NCBI RefSeq assembly: GCF_009914755.1 | Contig: NC_060930.1 | Source: the human T2T-CHM13v2.0 reference genome, Homo sapiens | DNA: 64,000 bases | Strand: one strand, 5' to 3' | In this document: positions 47,201 through 61,108 of the stretch, piece by piece | Layout of the letters: every line of letters begins with the position of its first letter | How positions within the stretch are numbered: the first letter of the stretch is position 1 | Made by a program: the position numbers and the translations under genes | The notes under the pieces: model-generated | What the model saw: the letters and a program-made list of their open reading frames with translations, nothing else | The model's database searches: none | What the model was told of the DNA's origin: nothing

Positions 47201-48840
47201 CAGCTACTGATTTTTCTTTATTTTTATTGCACTTTTGTCCCCATCAAATTACTCCCACCCCCACCATGACTTTTCCATCTTTTCTATTCGATATTGTTGT
47301 CACTGATTCCAATTACTGTATGGCAGATTAAAATAACAGAGACTGTAGGTTAGCTACCCTGTTTTGAGTTCCTAAGCTGCCACTTGCTTGCTTGTGCTAT
47401 CTGGACAATCACTTAATCCTTCTAATTTCAGTTTTTGCATCTATAAAACTGGGATAATAAAAACTACCCTTTGAGAATTCATGATAAAATGTGATAATAT
47501 AAACTTTAATGAATTCTAAAGTACTCTATATAAATACATCACTTAATACTTAGTTTAGTAAAAGTAAACTACTATTATGCTTAGCAATAATTGATACATT
47601 TTGCCTCCTTCTTCAGTAGGATATGCATGCTACCAACTAAGGCAAAATAAAATAAAACAGCCTCCTATATTGTAACTCAAGGATACTGAATAGCTGCTCT
47701 AAATTGCAGAAATATTTCACAAGGCCCAACTGGTTTCAAACATTCAGTGCTCAGCAAATCTGTAGATAATGTCTGCTTGACACTCAATATTCTCAGCTTA
47801 ATAGTTTATTTACTGGTCAGTCATTTAGAGGTATGAGGCTTGATAAAACAGAAAGCACTTGGGGTGGGAATTTTGTACCATGAACTAAATTTATTTTAGT
47901 TCTATAAAAAACAGGTCCTTTGAGTTAGAAATGATGTTGTTATCCTGCATTAAATTCAACTTAATTTCTGATTTAAAACAATTTCAAAATCCATCTTCAA
48001 CATCTAGTACTAACTTCTTACCTACAAGAAGAGGCCAATATCTATTTATATGTTGAATGAACAGGCAAATTAATCAAAGAAAACTATAGTAAAATGTCAT
48101 TAGAATCTCCACCAAATCTGAACTCAGGATAATTTTGAGTAAAGCAAAACTATAGTTCATCTCTGTAGGTCTACTAATATTTTACTTGTAATGAGATTAG
48201 GTGGATTATGTTTAGCTTAAAATGATAAACTGCTCTAGCATCTAAAAACACTTTAGTATTAAGCATGTGAAAACACTATCAATCTTACTTTTCATGAAAG
48301 TATTCTTCCTATGCACCTGCATTACAGTTTTCATAAATTCACTTTGAAGCACCATGTAAAATTATAATTGGCACATTCAAAAAATAATGTTCTGTATAAT
48401 TTAGAAGAGACTTCCAGCCAATTAATTTGAATTAACAAGGATTAACTATACTGCTGTTCCTTGTTCCAGGGAACTCTTATCTCCCATACCCTTCTAATTT
48501 CGTATTACCTCTACCTGGAATTTTTCCATGGTTTGCTCCAGTCAGAAGGCTCTTACCTTTCCTGCTTCAGATTTTTTCCCCCACCTACCTTTGGATGATG
48601 TTGTAGACTTTAGAGCACAACTTAAAACATTCATGGCAAAAGGCCTTGCAGAATCCTAATTAATTTCTACTTGTAAGGACAAAAGTGAATAGCGAGTTCT
48701 TGTTGTTGTATTCTTCTTTTAGCTACCTGGATCTTATTTAACAGTGTGGCAGAAGAAAGGGGCCGCCCTGCTGTTAACTGGCAAGAAACACAGAGGTGTT
48801 GAGGGAAATAATGTAAGCAATACTAAAGAATGAAGTCTAA

Positions 48841-49332
<492 letters not shown>

Positions 49333-50149
49333 TAGCACTATTTTCCTTGAAATATGGGACCAGACTGCAGAATATTGGGTGGAAGCTGACAGATCATACT
49401 TGCTAGATGTTAAATTATAATATTAATTAAATTACACAGTAAAACTTCTAGAAGTTGTATATGCTATTTGCTTCTATTTTCACCTCCTTGCCCCCCTCAT
49501 TTGCTCCTCAGTCTATTCCAAACTGCTTCTGTTCACATGTCACTGACTGCCAAGTTCATCCAGGACCTTCAAATGATAAACCCCATGGGTGTTTCCTGTG
49601 CTCTCCTCCACTCAACTCCCATTTACATTTGATATAGCCAAGCACTCCTTCCTTCACAGAACCCTCTCTTCTACAGTGTTTTAGGACACTGTCTTACTAT
49701 ACTGGCATCACATTCTCAGTGACCTGTGCCAGTTCCTCATTTTCTATCTCAGCTCGCACTAAGAGAATCCCTCAGGGCCTGCCCTCTGTTTCTCCACACT
49801 CTGTCTGAGAGTCTCATGTGCTTACCTTGGTTTAAGGGTTGCCGCCATGCTGATGCATCCATGTTCATATGTTCATTTCACAGTCTCTGTGGGTTTTACA
49901 GACTTGTATCTAATTGCCTTGAAATCTCCACTTGAAAGTCTTAGATATACAAACTAACATGTCCAAAATATAACTTCTTCTTTTAAAAATGAATACTTTA
50001 CAGATTCTGAGAAGGGCTGCCTATGGCTTTGAATTAGAGGACTGCTATTTTTATGGATATTTTGGGGAAGTAGGAAGCGAAAGAAGACTGAGTGCCCGAC
50101 TATGTGATACCAGGTGACCTTGCAATGAAAACTGTTGATCATAAACTGA

Positions 50150-52200
50150 GTATTTCACTGTCACTTTACTGGAAAGTAGAGATGATGCAAGTTGATGATT
50201 CACATTTTGCCCTGAAGGTAACCAGATTAGCCAGATGGTAAGGAGTTTGACAAGAGTATTACTGGAGGACAGAAAGGCACAAGTTTTAGGTGGATGAACT
50301 CTTAGAACAGTGCCAGAATAAAAGGCTACCTGTATTTCACGAAGATTCGTGACAAAAAGTTAAGAGCATTGTGCAATATGCTGGTAATGATCAAATGGGC
50401 AAAATAACCACCTCTTAGGATATCGGACAGCCTCCTTCCCAGGCCACAGTGTTTTATGCAATAGGTTATGTACTCAGTGGCCAAAGTAAAAGAGATGAAA
50501 ATTATGCATGGGTGAAACATAAACTTCCTTTTCCTCACGAAGGCCCAGCTATTGCTACTGCTCAGTGCCTAATATGCCAACAGTGGAAACACTGGGCCCA
50601 TAATAAAGTATCTTACCCCTGAAACCAGACAGTTATCTGGTGGTGAGAAGATTATACTGGACCTTCTGTATCACTGAGGAGACACGTATTCATCTCTGTA
50701 AGAACAGGCACTTACTTTGGATTTTAATTCTCTTTTCCTACCAAACATGGTTCTGCTAGTAGCCTCAAGGGTAGAATTACTGAATGCCTTATACATCATG
50801 ACGATACCCTGTATAATAATGTTTCTGTCTGAGGAACTCACTTCATAAAGGAAAAGGTAAGACAATAGGATGATGCCATTGAATGCACTGGTCTTATTAT
50901 GTTCTCATTAATAGAAAGAGCTGGTTTTATAGATTAAAGATTCAGAATGGCAGCTGGGAGGCAATACCTGGGAAAGGTTGGGGTACTATCCTGCAGGATG
51001 AGGTGTAGCCTCTGAACTAGTAATCATCAATGATGCTATTTGTTCTATTGCCAGAATATATGGTTCCAGGAACCAAGTACTCAAGGTGTGTGGATGTCTT
51101 TTGAAATCACAGACAAAAAACCACTTGAAAACTTTTGCCTTCTCTTCCCTATAACTCTAGCTTTGCTAGTTCGGAGGCTTATTATCAAAAGGATTAACAG
51201 TTTACTTGGAAACTGAAACAGCCACATGACCACTTCAGGCTCTCAGGTTCTTGGATGAACAAACAAAATGTGGTCTCAGTATAGTCTGGGAAACTTATCC
51301 TGATGAAGAAATTGGGCTATTTTTTTATAATAAGGGGAGAGAAATTTGGATAGAACATAAATAAATCTGACACTACTGTATCCATTTGAAAAATTAATTA
51401 AAGATTTTACAATCCTATATATTAACCATATATAAAATTGCAATTTTCAATCTATCAAGAATGTATGCTTTTGGTCACTCCACTGGATAAAGAGTCTTGA
51501 TTAGCTTCATGACTGGTTGAAGAAAAAATGTACAGATGATGTATGGTAGAGAAAATGAATCATAAATATCTATTTGGCCCCCTGGCTAGTTGCAGAAATA
51601 CAGAGTGGTCTCTAATCATTTTCTCTTGCTGTCTTATATATCAACATATTTTAACTAATATATTTAAACTAATTTTATTCCTCTTCCCTCTTTCTATCCT
51701 CTTTTACTGTAGAATACGGCATTAGTTAGCTGTAACTTTATAATCTAGTCCACTGACTAGAGAATACTGAGATGGGCTTGCAAAAGAACTAGAGGGTGAC
51801 TAGATACAAGCAAGAGATCTAGGACTAAGTGCTAAATGGAGTTGACGAAATTTTTACTTGTCTTTCCTTGGAGAGGGATGAGTGGATTTGGGTTAAATGA
51901 AGGAGACCTTGCATTGCTAGAAAAAAAATTTTTTAATTAAATGTAGGTATAGGAAAAGTAGTGTATGTATGAGTTTGAGGAGTGAAAGGGCCATAGTGGA
52001 CCTTTGTTGTTTATGGGCAGCCAGTATCTGAATGTCACCTCCTATGAGAGAAGCCAAAGAAGGGAGATTCCTTTTTTCTGCTGCATACCAGAGATGGAAA
52101 CTCAGGCATTCAACTCTTTCTATCTTGACTTGAAGCTTGAGAGAATGATGCAAAGACCTAATAATAGCTTGAGGTTAGTGGCAGAAGTAGCAAAATCCAG
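50150..52200 (+). mobile_element. Degenerate ERVL/MaLR internal region (integrase-like) leading into a probable LTR start near 52000
   Basis: tctggtggtgagaagattatactggacct resembles decayed WQVDYIGPL; purine tract gaggagtgaaaggg near 51980; boundaries uncertain. Confidence 0.55.
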
Positions 52201-52997
52201 GTCACATGGTAGCATATACCCATAAACTTTTGAAACCACTGCAATAAGGATTCCTAATGACAATATGGAAAGGTATTTCCTTTGGGGTTTCCTGATGCAG
52301 TATAACTTTACATCAATGATACACTTGAAGGTGTCTTTCTGCTTCCTAATACTTTGAAACTATACTGGATTAAGAAGATAGATGAATAACTCTTTTTGCC
52401 TTTGCCAATAAATTAATGAGAACACATATACTCTTCTTAGTCATATTCTCTCTCTAGCCTCTTGTGATCTACCCTAGCTTTCTTTATTCTCCATGCCCCC
52501 AGCCCAAATATCTATAGACAGTTCTTGACTTAAGGTCACTGAACAGCAGAATAATTTGAATGCTGTTCTATGCCAGACACACTGCTTCATAGTTGCCGGG
52601 ATAACTGCTGCTGTGCTTCCTCTGAATGCTCAAGTTGTCAACACTAGAGTCTTAACCAATTACCCATGTCCTGCCACAGAACATCAATTTAACACTACAC
52701 AAGGAGCAGCAATGGAAGCAACCGCTAAGCTTCCAGCCCAGAATATTACGGAAAGTAACCCACACAAAGATTAAAATGTTAAAAAGTTTTCCTATTAATT
52801 ATTTAGGGCTAATTATTTAAGGGTTCAACAACTAAAACACCTGCTTTATAGTATGCTTCAGTATAATCACACTGAATTTACATAGTAATCAGCTGTAAAC
52901 CCTCTGAAATTTTCATTTTAAAGGTGATTGCTTTTAGAATCAGTACTAAAACAAAGCATAGTTTGCCTTATTCTTCAGATGGGCGCGGTGAAACAAA

Positions 52998-53172
52998 ATG
53001 GAATCAACCCAAATGCCCATCAGTGATAGACTGGATAAAGAAAATGTGGTACATATATACCATGGAATACTATGCAGCCATGAAAAGAAATGAGATCATG
53101 TCCTTTGCAGGGGCATGGATGGAGCTGGAAGCTGTTATCCTCAGCAAACTAATGCAGGAACAGAAAACCAAA
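52998..53172 (+). repeat. 175-bp exact copy of the L1 segment at 53754-53928
   Basis: Manual alignment 175/175, offset 756; the same peptide appears in ORFs 52924..53181 and 53719..53961. Confidence 0.97.
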
Positions 53173-53289
53173 TGGAAATGACATAATATTTCTAGCTGTC
53201 CTATTTTATCACACATTTAAATAAATAGTACATTTATAACAAATATTTATGTTAATAAATACAATAATAAAACTAACAGATTTAACTTT

Positions 53290-54570
53290 CAGAGTCTACA
53301 AGGAACTTAAACAAATTTACATGAAAAAAAGAACCCCACTAAAAAGTGGGCAAAGGATATGAACAGATACTTCTCAAAAGAAGACATTAATGTGGTCAAC
53401 AAACATATGAAAAAAGGCTCAGCATCACTGATCATTAGAGAAATGCAAAGCAAAACCATAGTGAGGTACCATCTCACATCAGTCAGAATGGCAATTATTA
53501 AAAAGTCCAGAAACAATAGATGCAGGCAAGGTTGTGGAGAAAAAGTAACACTTTTACACTGTTGGTGAGAATGTAAATTAGTTCAACCATTGTGGAAGAC
53601 CGTGTGGCAATTCCTCAAGGATCTAGAGGCAGAAATATCATCTGACCCAGAAATCCCATTACTGGGCATATACCCAAAGGAATAGAAATCGTTCTATTAT
53701 AAAGATACGTGCACACGTATGTTCACTGTAGCACTATTCACAATAGCAAAGACATGGAATCAACCCAAATGCCCATCAGTGATAGACTGGATAAAGAAAA
53801 TGTGGTACATATATACCATGGAATACTATGCAGCCATGAAAAGAAATGAGATCATGTCCTTTGCAGGGGCATGGATGGAGCTGGAAGCTGTTATCCTCAG
53901 CAAACTAATGCAGGAACAGAAAACCAAACACCCCATGTTCTCACTTATAAGTGGGAGCTGAAAAATGAGAACACATGGACATACGGGGGGAACTACACTG
54001 GGGCCTGTTGAGGATGGTGGGAGGGAGAATATCAGGAAGAACAGCTAATGGATGCTGGGCTTAATACCTAGGTGATGGATTGATCTGTGCAGCAAACCAC
54101 CATGACACATGTTCACCTATTGATATGGTTAGGCTTTGTGACCCTAACCCAAATCTCATCGTTAACTGTAATCCCCATAATCCCCACATGTTACGGGAGA
54201 GACCAGGTGGAGGTAATTGAATCATGGGGGCCGTTTCCCCGATGCTGTTGTCATGATAGAGAGAGTTCTCACAAGATCTGATCGTTTTATACCGGGCTCT
54301 TCCCCTTTTGCTCAGCACTTCCACTACCTGCCACCTTGTGAGGTAGGGGTCTTGCTTCCCCTTCCCCTTCCACCATGATGGTAAGTTTCCTGAAACCTCC
54401 CCAGCCATGCTGAACTGTGAGTCAATTAAACCTCTTTCCTTTATAAATTACCCAGTCTTGGGTAGTTCTTTATAGCAGTATGAAAACAGACTAATACACC
54501 TATGTAACAAACCTGCACATCCTGTTTATATACCCCAGAACTTAAAATAAAAGTTGAAGAAAAAAATATA
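53290..54570 (+). mobile_element. 5'-truncated older L1 (L1PA13-16/L1PB-like) interrupted by a THE1 LTR
   Basis: ORFs 53359..53568 and 53719..53961; 3' end ccccagaacttaaaataaaag. Confidence 0.9.
54121..54498 (+). mobile_element. THE1 (C/D-like) MaLR solo LTR
   Basis: tgatatggtt...actaataca; 5-bp TSD cctat at 54116-54120 and 54499-54503. Confidence 0.92.
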
Positions 54571-55810
54571 AAAATAATACAATTATAACAAATATTTGTT
54601 AATAAATACAATAATAAATTTATAATAAAATAAATATTCTAGGTATCCTATTTTAGCAGTGAAAAATCTACAACAGCAGAAACCACGAGAGTATATTCTA
54701 TAGTTTCTACCTAGCCTTGTGGATAAAGTTTTCTGCCGATAAAAAAAATATGAAACAGAGAAGGAATTCTACACAAAGTCTGAGCTAACTACAATTCTTT
54801 AGGTCTCATATATTAAAATTAACAACAACAACAAAAAGAAACACAGTGGAAGTGTACACTGTGATAATGCACAATGTCTATATACTTTAAGCAAACATCC
54901 CAAAGTGTGTTTGGTAGGTTTGTACATTGTATCTTGACTTCAAAGAAAAGTGTCCATTTGGAAGACTTTTAGGATAACATATAAAATAAAATTAAGCCTA
55001 GAGAGATACCACACATAAACTGAGTCATCAATATTTTGTATATCTATTTTTCATCATTTGCCTCCTAAGTTATGATACTACCTTAGACACAACAGGATGA
55101 TTATTCAGATATCAATTAAATAATACAGGATAAAAAAATCTTTTATCAACATTACTTTGAACATAAATTATTTTCTTAAATATCTGGTATACCCATACAA
55201 GTAACATTAAGTAAATAAAGATAAAATTTAAAAGATAAAATGATCGCTATTACTCTACTTCAAGCAGTCATTTGATAGCCTGCATATTAAGCTAATTTAT
55301 GAGTCTGTTAGTGAATAAGGTCATCTATAGAACTAAGCAAAAACATTCTGAAATATCAGTTAACTATTACACAATAATGTAATACATACAGTACTATCTA
55401 ACAGTCCTACTAACTCTAAATGAGTCATGAGAAGTAGAAGGGGAGAAATATGCAAACTGTTAATCCTGGGCACCAGTGGATTTGGAACATTGTTTTTTAC
55501 TGATGCCGAACAGCACTGCTCTTCTTTAGCCTGCATGAGATTACAAAGTGGGAACACTGAAGAGGGTTGGTGGAGAGATCACAATGCAACAATTATCTAC
55601 TGATTTCATCTGTTTTCATTGTAACTCAATTTAGGAAAATATTTTTCAAAACTGGAAAAGTGTAAGAAAGAACAATCACTATATATTAAATCTATAGAGA
55701 GGAGGAGGAATATCTATATTTAGATGTAGTATAAAGAATCATAAAGGATCATACTAACAAACTGGATTACATAAAATGCAAAGTCTTCTATTTGTAAAAA
55801 GACACCATGA

Positions 55811-56051
55811 TATTGTTCTCACTCACAGGTGGGAATTGAACAATGAGAACACATGGACACAGGAAGGGGAACATCACATACCAGGGCCTGTTGTGGGGTG
55901 GGAGGAGGGGGGAGGGATAGCATTTGGAGATATACCTAATGTTAAATGACGAGTTACTGGGTGCAGCACACCAACATGGCACATGTATACATATGTAACT
56001 AACCTGCACGTTGTACACATGTACCCTAAAACTTAAAGTATAATAATAAAA
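55811..56051 (+). mobile_element. Short L1PA (PA4-6-like) 3' end inserted into an old L1ME fragment
   Basis: TSD aaaaagacaccatga at 55796-55810 and 56052-56066. Confidence 0.92.
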
Positions 56052-57119
56052 AAAAAGACACCATGAAAAAAAGACAAGCAATAAACTAGCAAAGTTACCT
56101 AATACAGCAGGTGAAAGATTAATATGTATATATGTATAGAAATACACATATATGAAGAAAAGTAATCTATAAAATTTTATATATGTATATATTTTTCTAA
56201 ATTTGGCAAAGCTCTCACACAAATCTACAAAATAAATGCTGTCCTGGAATAGATGAAAGACCAAAAGAAATGAAGAGACAACAAATAAAAAAGAAGACAA
56301 CTAGTAAATATATGAAAAAAAAATGTTCAACCAATCAAAAATGAAGGCATACATTAAGGTAAGATAATATTTTATCTATAATATATCAATAAGTTGCAAC
56401 AAATGAGGATGTAGTAAAACTGTTACTCTCATATATTTCTGATAATTCATACATCAGTGGTGATGACACCAATAAGTACAGTTCTTTTGGAAAGTAATTA
56501 GCAGTGTACCTGAAAAGCTGTAAAAATATTCACATTATTTGACCCACTGATTTTCTTTTTAGAACTCTATACTGAGAAAATAATTTTAAACAGAGAAAAA
56601 TCTACAATAATAAGGATGCATGATTATTAAATTACAGGAGAAAACCACTATGAAATAGTTGCATAATGGAATATAACTGCATAGACACAAAAATTCTAAT
56701 TTAAAATTTTACTGGTGGTTATTACTTAGGGAAAGGATAATAACAGGTTTTAAATTTTTATATATTAGTGCTTCCTAAAATTAAAAAAAGAATATTATAT
56801 ATTTTTTAAAACCCAAATTTTGCAAAATTGATTTTAACTTCAGTAAGGGCAGTGAATACTTAAAGAATATGAAAATGATTGAATGTTACAATATACACAG
56901 GTGATAACGTTAAAGGAAAAAATTATAAATATGAATATACAAAATAAATATTAAGTGGGACTATAGTAGAACAAACTATAACAGAATATTAATAGTGTGG
57001 TAAGGTGGCGGTATTATGAATTTCTTCTTTCCCTATAATACAATTACATATGTAATGATCATTCTAATATAATACAACCTGAAACGTGTAAGTAGTAGAA
57101 GATAAAATATGTTGCTTAC

Positions 57120-57262
57120 CTCTCTTTCATCCATGTTTAACCACTGCTTTGGATCTTCTTCAGTAGCCAGGAAGGCGATCAATTCCAAAGCAGTAAGACG
57201 AGTTTGACGTCTTGATGAGACAAATATCAAAACAGGTTTGGCTGGAGAATGGCTTCTAATTG
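57120..57262 (-). CDS. ASCC3: ASCC3 coding exon, 143 nt: (A)[47 protein letters not shown], motif IV
   Basis: Overlaps ORF 57033..57230; acceptor ttcaacag, donor GAG|gtaagc. Confidence 0.97.
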
Positions 57263-59517
57263 CTGTTGAAAAGTTGTGGGAAATAAAATGGAAAGATACT
57301 TAACCCCAGAATATGAATTTCATTAGGATATCAAATGGATACATGAAAACTAATGATGTAAACAATTTAGGCATGAAATGTGGCATTATTGCAGGTACTA
57401 CATGGATCTGGCAGCATATTAGACAGATAATAGGAAAAGAAAGGTTGATGGCCCTACCTAGAGAGTATATTGCCTAGGAGAGAAAAGATTTAATTATGCT
57501 GGGTCCAAGTTCTATTCTGAGTTGCCAAGGAAGGAGAAACTTAAAGACTGAGACTCTCCATTAAGAGCTATACATGGACACTAAATCTTAGATTGAGTTT
57601 TCTGTACTAAGTTGTGTTTCTCAGCTATTTGTGTTTGCCTAAGCAGTGATATTACAGAGTTAACTGGTCCTGGGGTCTGGTGAGAAAATCAAGTCCTGTC
57701 AAGTGACGGAAAATGTCTAGAAAGACCACAAAAAGTTTCTTTTATTTTTGTTATCAGTGATAGAAAAATTAGGAGAAGTTTGTACCAGTAAACAGGTTAA
57801 GAGATAAATCAGAAGAAAGTTTTCCCTCCATTTTTTTTTAAAAGCATATGTGTGAGAAAGGCAGACAAGATAACGTAGAAGAGGGCTGAAGAGAATACTA
57901 TGCCTGAATGAGTATCTGAGTAATGGGACATGGTAGTCAACACAAAGAAGATGAGATGACTCTGGTCAACACAAACCAGAGTAACAAGACTGAAGTAAAT
58001 TTTGTAAATCAAATCTTTAAAAATAATTAAAGAGCCACATAAATCACTTGGCTTATCTTGAAATGAGGTTTTTTGTTTGTTTGTTTGTTTGTTTTTTGCT
58101 TTACATAGGCTCCAAAAAGCTGATAAGATGCCACGAGTAGAATATATATTTAGGTCTACACAACTCTCTTAAAACAGTCAGAGATATTTAAAAATTTTAT
58201 ATAAAAAGTTCAACCTCTTTGTAATTTCTTGTTTGAAATGTGAGCTGCAGAATTTCTTTTTATGGGCTGGGAAACAAGGTTTATAATGGAAATGTTGACA
58301 TGACCTTGACTTTATTTACATCCTAACTATGAGAAATAAAGCTATCACACAATCATATTTCTAAACTCAAAGAAATATAGTAATCACTACAGGTATAATA
58401 AATAGTACATAAGTATAGCTGCTGTGCTGATACCATTTCTATGGAAGTGTAAGTACTTTAGTTATTTACTATTGATTTATATAAGACAAAATACTTCCTT
58501 TCCATCAATGGTATGCAGTCATTCCATATAGATATATGCAATTTCAACAATATATATTATGAAAAATAAACTCATTTATCTTATTTCTCACCCTTTTATT
58601 GTTTATCAGAATGTTACAGAATGTAAATGATAAAGCTTTGATAAATCATATTAGAGATACACCATTTAAAATACACATATTAGTACAATATTGATATCAT
58701 TTGGACACATAAATATAAATGGATCTCTTGTCTTTCTTTAAACCTCAACATCTAATGGATTTTTGCTGCTGAAAGAACAGGTGTGGCTGAACAGCTCACG
58801 GCAGATTTATTGTTCATTAGTGATTTTGTACAATGCTTCTGTGGAGGTGTAAATAATCTGAACTGCCAAGATTGGTCTCTAGTTCACAATCAATACTTTG
58901 CTTCTGTCATAAGGCTAATTACAGCAGCTAAAAAGTCACCTCACAACTGTCACCACACAATCAACAGCAGCTCACATTTGAGAATTTATTTTTGAGGTTA
59001 TTTTTAATTGATATAATAAATATTCTTTATGCAGCCCAAATAAAACATGTTTCAATAAAATAGGAGTGCTATTCTTAAATCTTTCCTGTTTGCCTAATTT
59101 GTTAGAAGAGGAAAAACTAAAAACAGAAGCACTGTACTAAAGTACTGAAATTTCTAAGTTTTATGATTTCTCATAAAAATGATTATGAGATGTTTTTGAC
59201 CTGTAGCTTCCATTTCTCATCTGTCCAAGCTACTATCATAAAAACACTTTGATTAATATTAAGAAAACTCTGATAACTTTTTTTAATTACATACTTTTAT
59301 TCAACTACAAAGTCATTACCATTTGTGAAATCGCTCCAATCTTCACTAGGTAATTTAACATATATTTGTATTCCTTAACAGTTGAGACAAACAGTTTTAG
59401 ATATACGTAGAAGCTGGACCAGTATCATCCTTTCAAAGAAACCAACACCAATTAGAAGATATTTGATAGCTACCATAAACAATGGTTACTATTTTATTCC
59501 AAGAATCTGAAGCTTAC

Positions 59518-59638
59518 CCTGAAATGCAGGCTTGTTCATACTAGCCATACGAGGACAGTAATGTTGACCTGGAAAGCCTTGAATGTGAACTTCCAGTGGA
59601 ACTGGGCGTACTGATGGTCGGAAGTTAAACAAGCCCAT
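59518..59638 (-). CDS. ASCC3: ASCC3 coding exon, 121 nt: [40 protein letters not shown]
   Basis: Acceptor ctctag|ATG, donor G|gtaagc; follows a 131-nt intron; RPVPL is typical of Ski2-like helicases. Confidence 0.96.
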
Positions 59639-59769
59639 CTAGAGTAAATATGAGAGAGAAACCATTTTCAATTTTTATATTGAATTTTATAAGGTTATAA
59701 TATCTCTTAAAAGGAATCATCAAAGTAACACTACTAAATAAATGCATAATTTATCAATCTTCTACATAC

Positions 59770-59915
59770 CTGCTTAATATTGAGCCAATCAGCAAGGTCT
59801 CTGGCATTAGCTAATGCAGTAGATAGTCCAACTATTCTAACAGGCTTTTCTGTGTGTGATGAGATAAAATTTGTTCGAGATACAATGACCTCTAGAACAG
59901 GGCCTCTTTCCTCCC
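59770..59915 (-). CDS. ASCC3: ASCC3 coding exon, 146 nt: (G)[48 protein letters not shown], motif III
   Basis: Contained in ORF 59734..59937; acceptor ttttctag, donor CAG|gtatgt. Confidence 0.97.
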
Positions 59916-60034
59916 CTAGAAAATAGGGAAAAATCAATGTTAATCATTTAACAAGCCTGTGTTGGTCATTGCAGCAACCACAAAAGGAAGAGTTTGTAGC
60001 TTCCTCAAAAAACAAAAACAAAAAAAAAACAAAA

Positions 60035-60900
60035 AAAAAGCTAAAGCTAGAACTACCAAAGGATTCTGCAATCCTACTCCCAGTGCATGATGTCACTTAG
60101 ATGCTGAATTAAAAAAAACTGACCTCATGGAAGTAGAGTAGAAACGTGGTTACCAGAGTCTAGGGGCATGGGTTGGAGTCACAAGAGAAGGGAATAGAGA
60201 GTTGGTGGTCAAAGGGTACAATGTTTCAGTTGGACAGGAGAAATAAGTTTGTCAGATCAATTGTACAGCAGTGTGACAACAGTTAATAAAAATATATCAT
60301 ATATTTCAAAATTGCTAAATTGCAAAATTGCTAATTGCATGTTTAACTGTAATCTCCAATGTTGAAGGTGGGGCCTGGTAGGAGGTGATAGGATCATGGG
60401 GGCTGTTTCTCCTAAATGGCTTAGCACCATCCTCTTGGTGCTATTCTCATGACAGTGAGTGAATTCTCATGAGACCTAGTTGTTTAAAAGTGTGTAGCAC
60501 CTCGCCCACCACCTTGCTCTCTTGTTCCTGCTCTTGCCATGTAAGAAGCTCTCTTCTGCTTTGCCTTCAGTCATGATTGAAAGCTTCCTGAGGCCTCCCC
60601 AGAAGCAGGAGCCACTACATTTACTGTACAAGCTGTAGAATCTTGAGCCAATTAAACCTCTTTTTAAAAATAAATTACCCAGTCTCAGGTATTTCTTTAT
60701 GGCAATGTGAGCACAGATTAATACACTAAGAGAAAATTTTTTATGTTTCACCTCAATTTATATGTAAGGTGATAGATGTTAATTAGCTTGATTTAATAAT
60801 TCCACATTATATACATACATCAAAAAATCACATTGTGCCCTAGAAATATATATAAATATTACATGCAAATTAAAAATACTAATAATTAATATTTTACAAA
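60035..60900 (+). mobile_element. L1MA-type 3' fragment with a nested MST LTR (~60340-60725)
   Basis: ctcatggaagtagagtagaa; MST aaggtggggcctggtaggaggtga...cagattaataca. Confidence 0.82.
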
Positions 60901-60941
60901 GTTAAAGTTTGTAAACTGGCTTTAGATACAGTGGTACCTAC

Positions 60942-61108
60942 CAAGCAGATGGATCTCATCTATGATGAGAATAGTGACTTGCTGAACATAGTTCCTATTT
61001 TGCCAGCTTCTGCTGACTCCATCCCACTTCTCTGGCGTAGTGACGATAAGGTCAGCCTTGGCAATGGATTTCATATCAGGAGTCACATCCCCTGTTAGTT
61101 CAATAACT
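60942..61108 (-). CDS. ASCC3: ASCC3 coding exon, 167 nt: [55 protein letters not shown], includes TPEKWD and DEIH (motif II)
   Basis: Acceptor ccctccag|A, donor G|gtaggt; phase 2 to phase 1, frame continuous. Confidence 0.97.
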
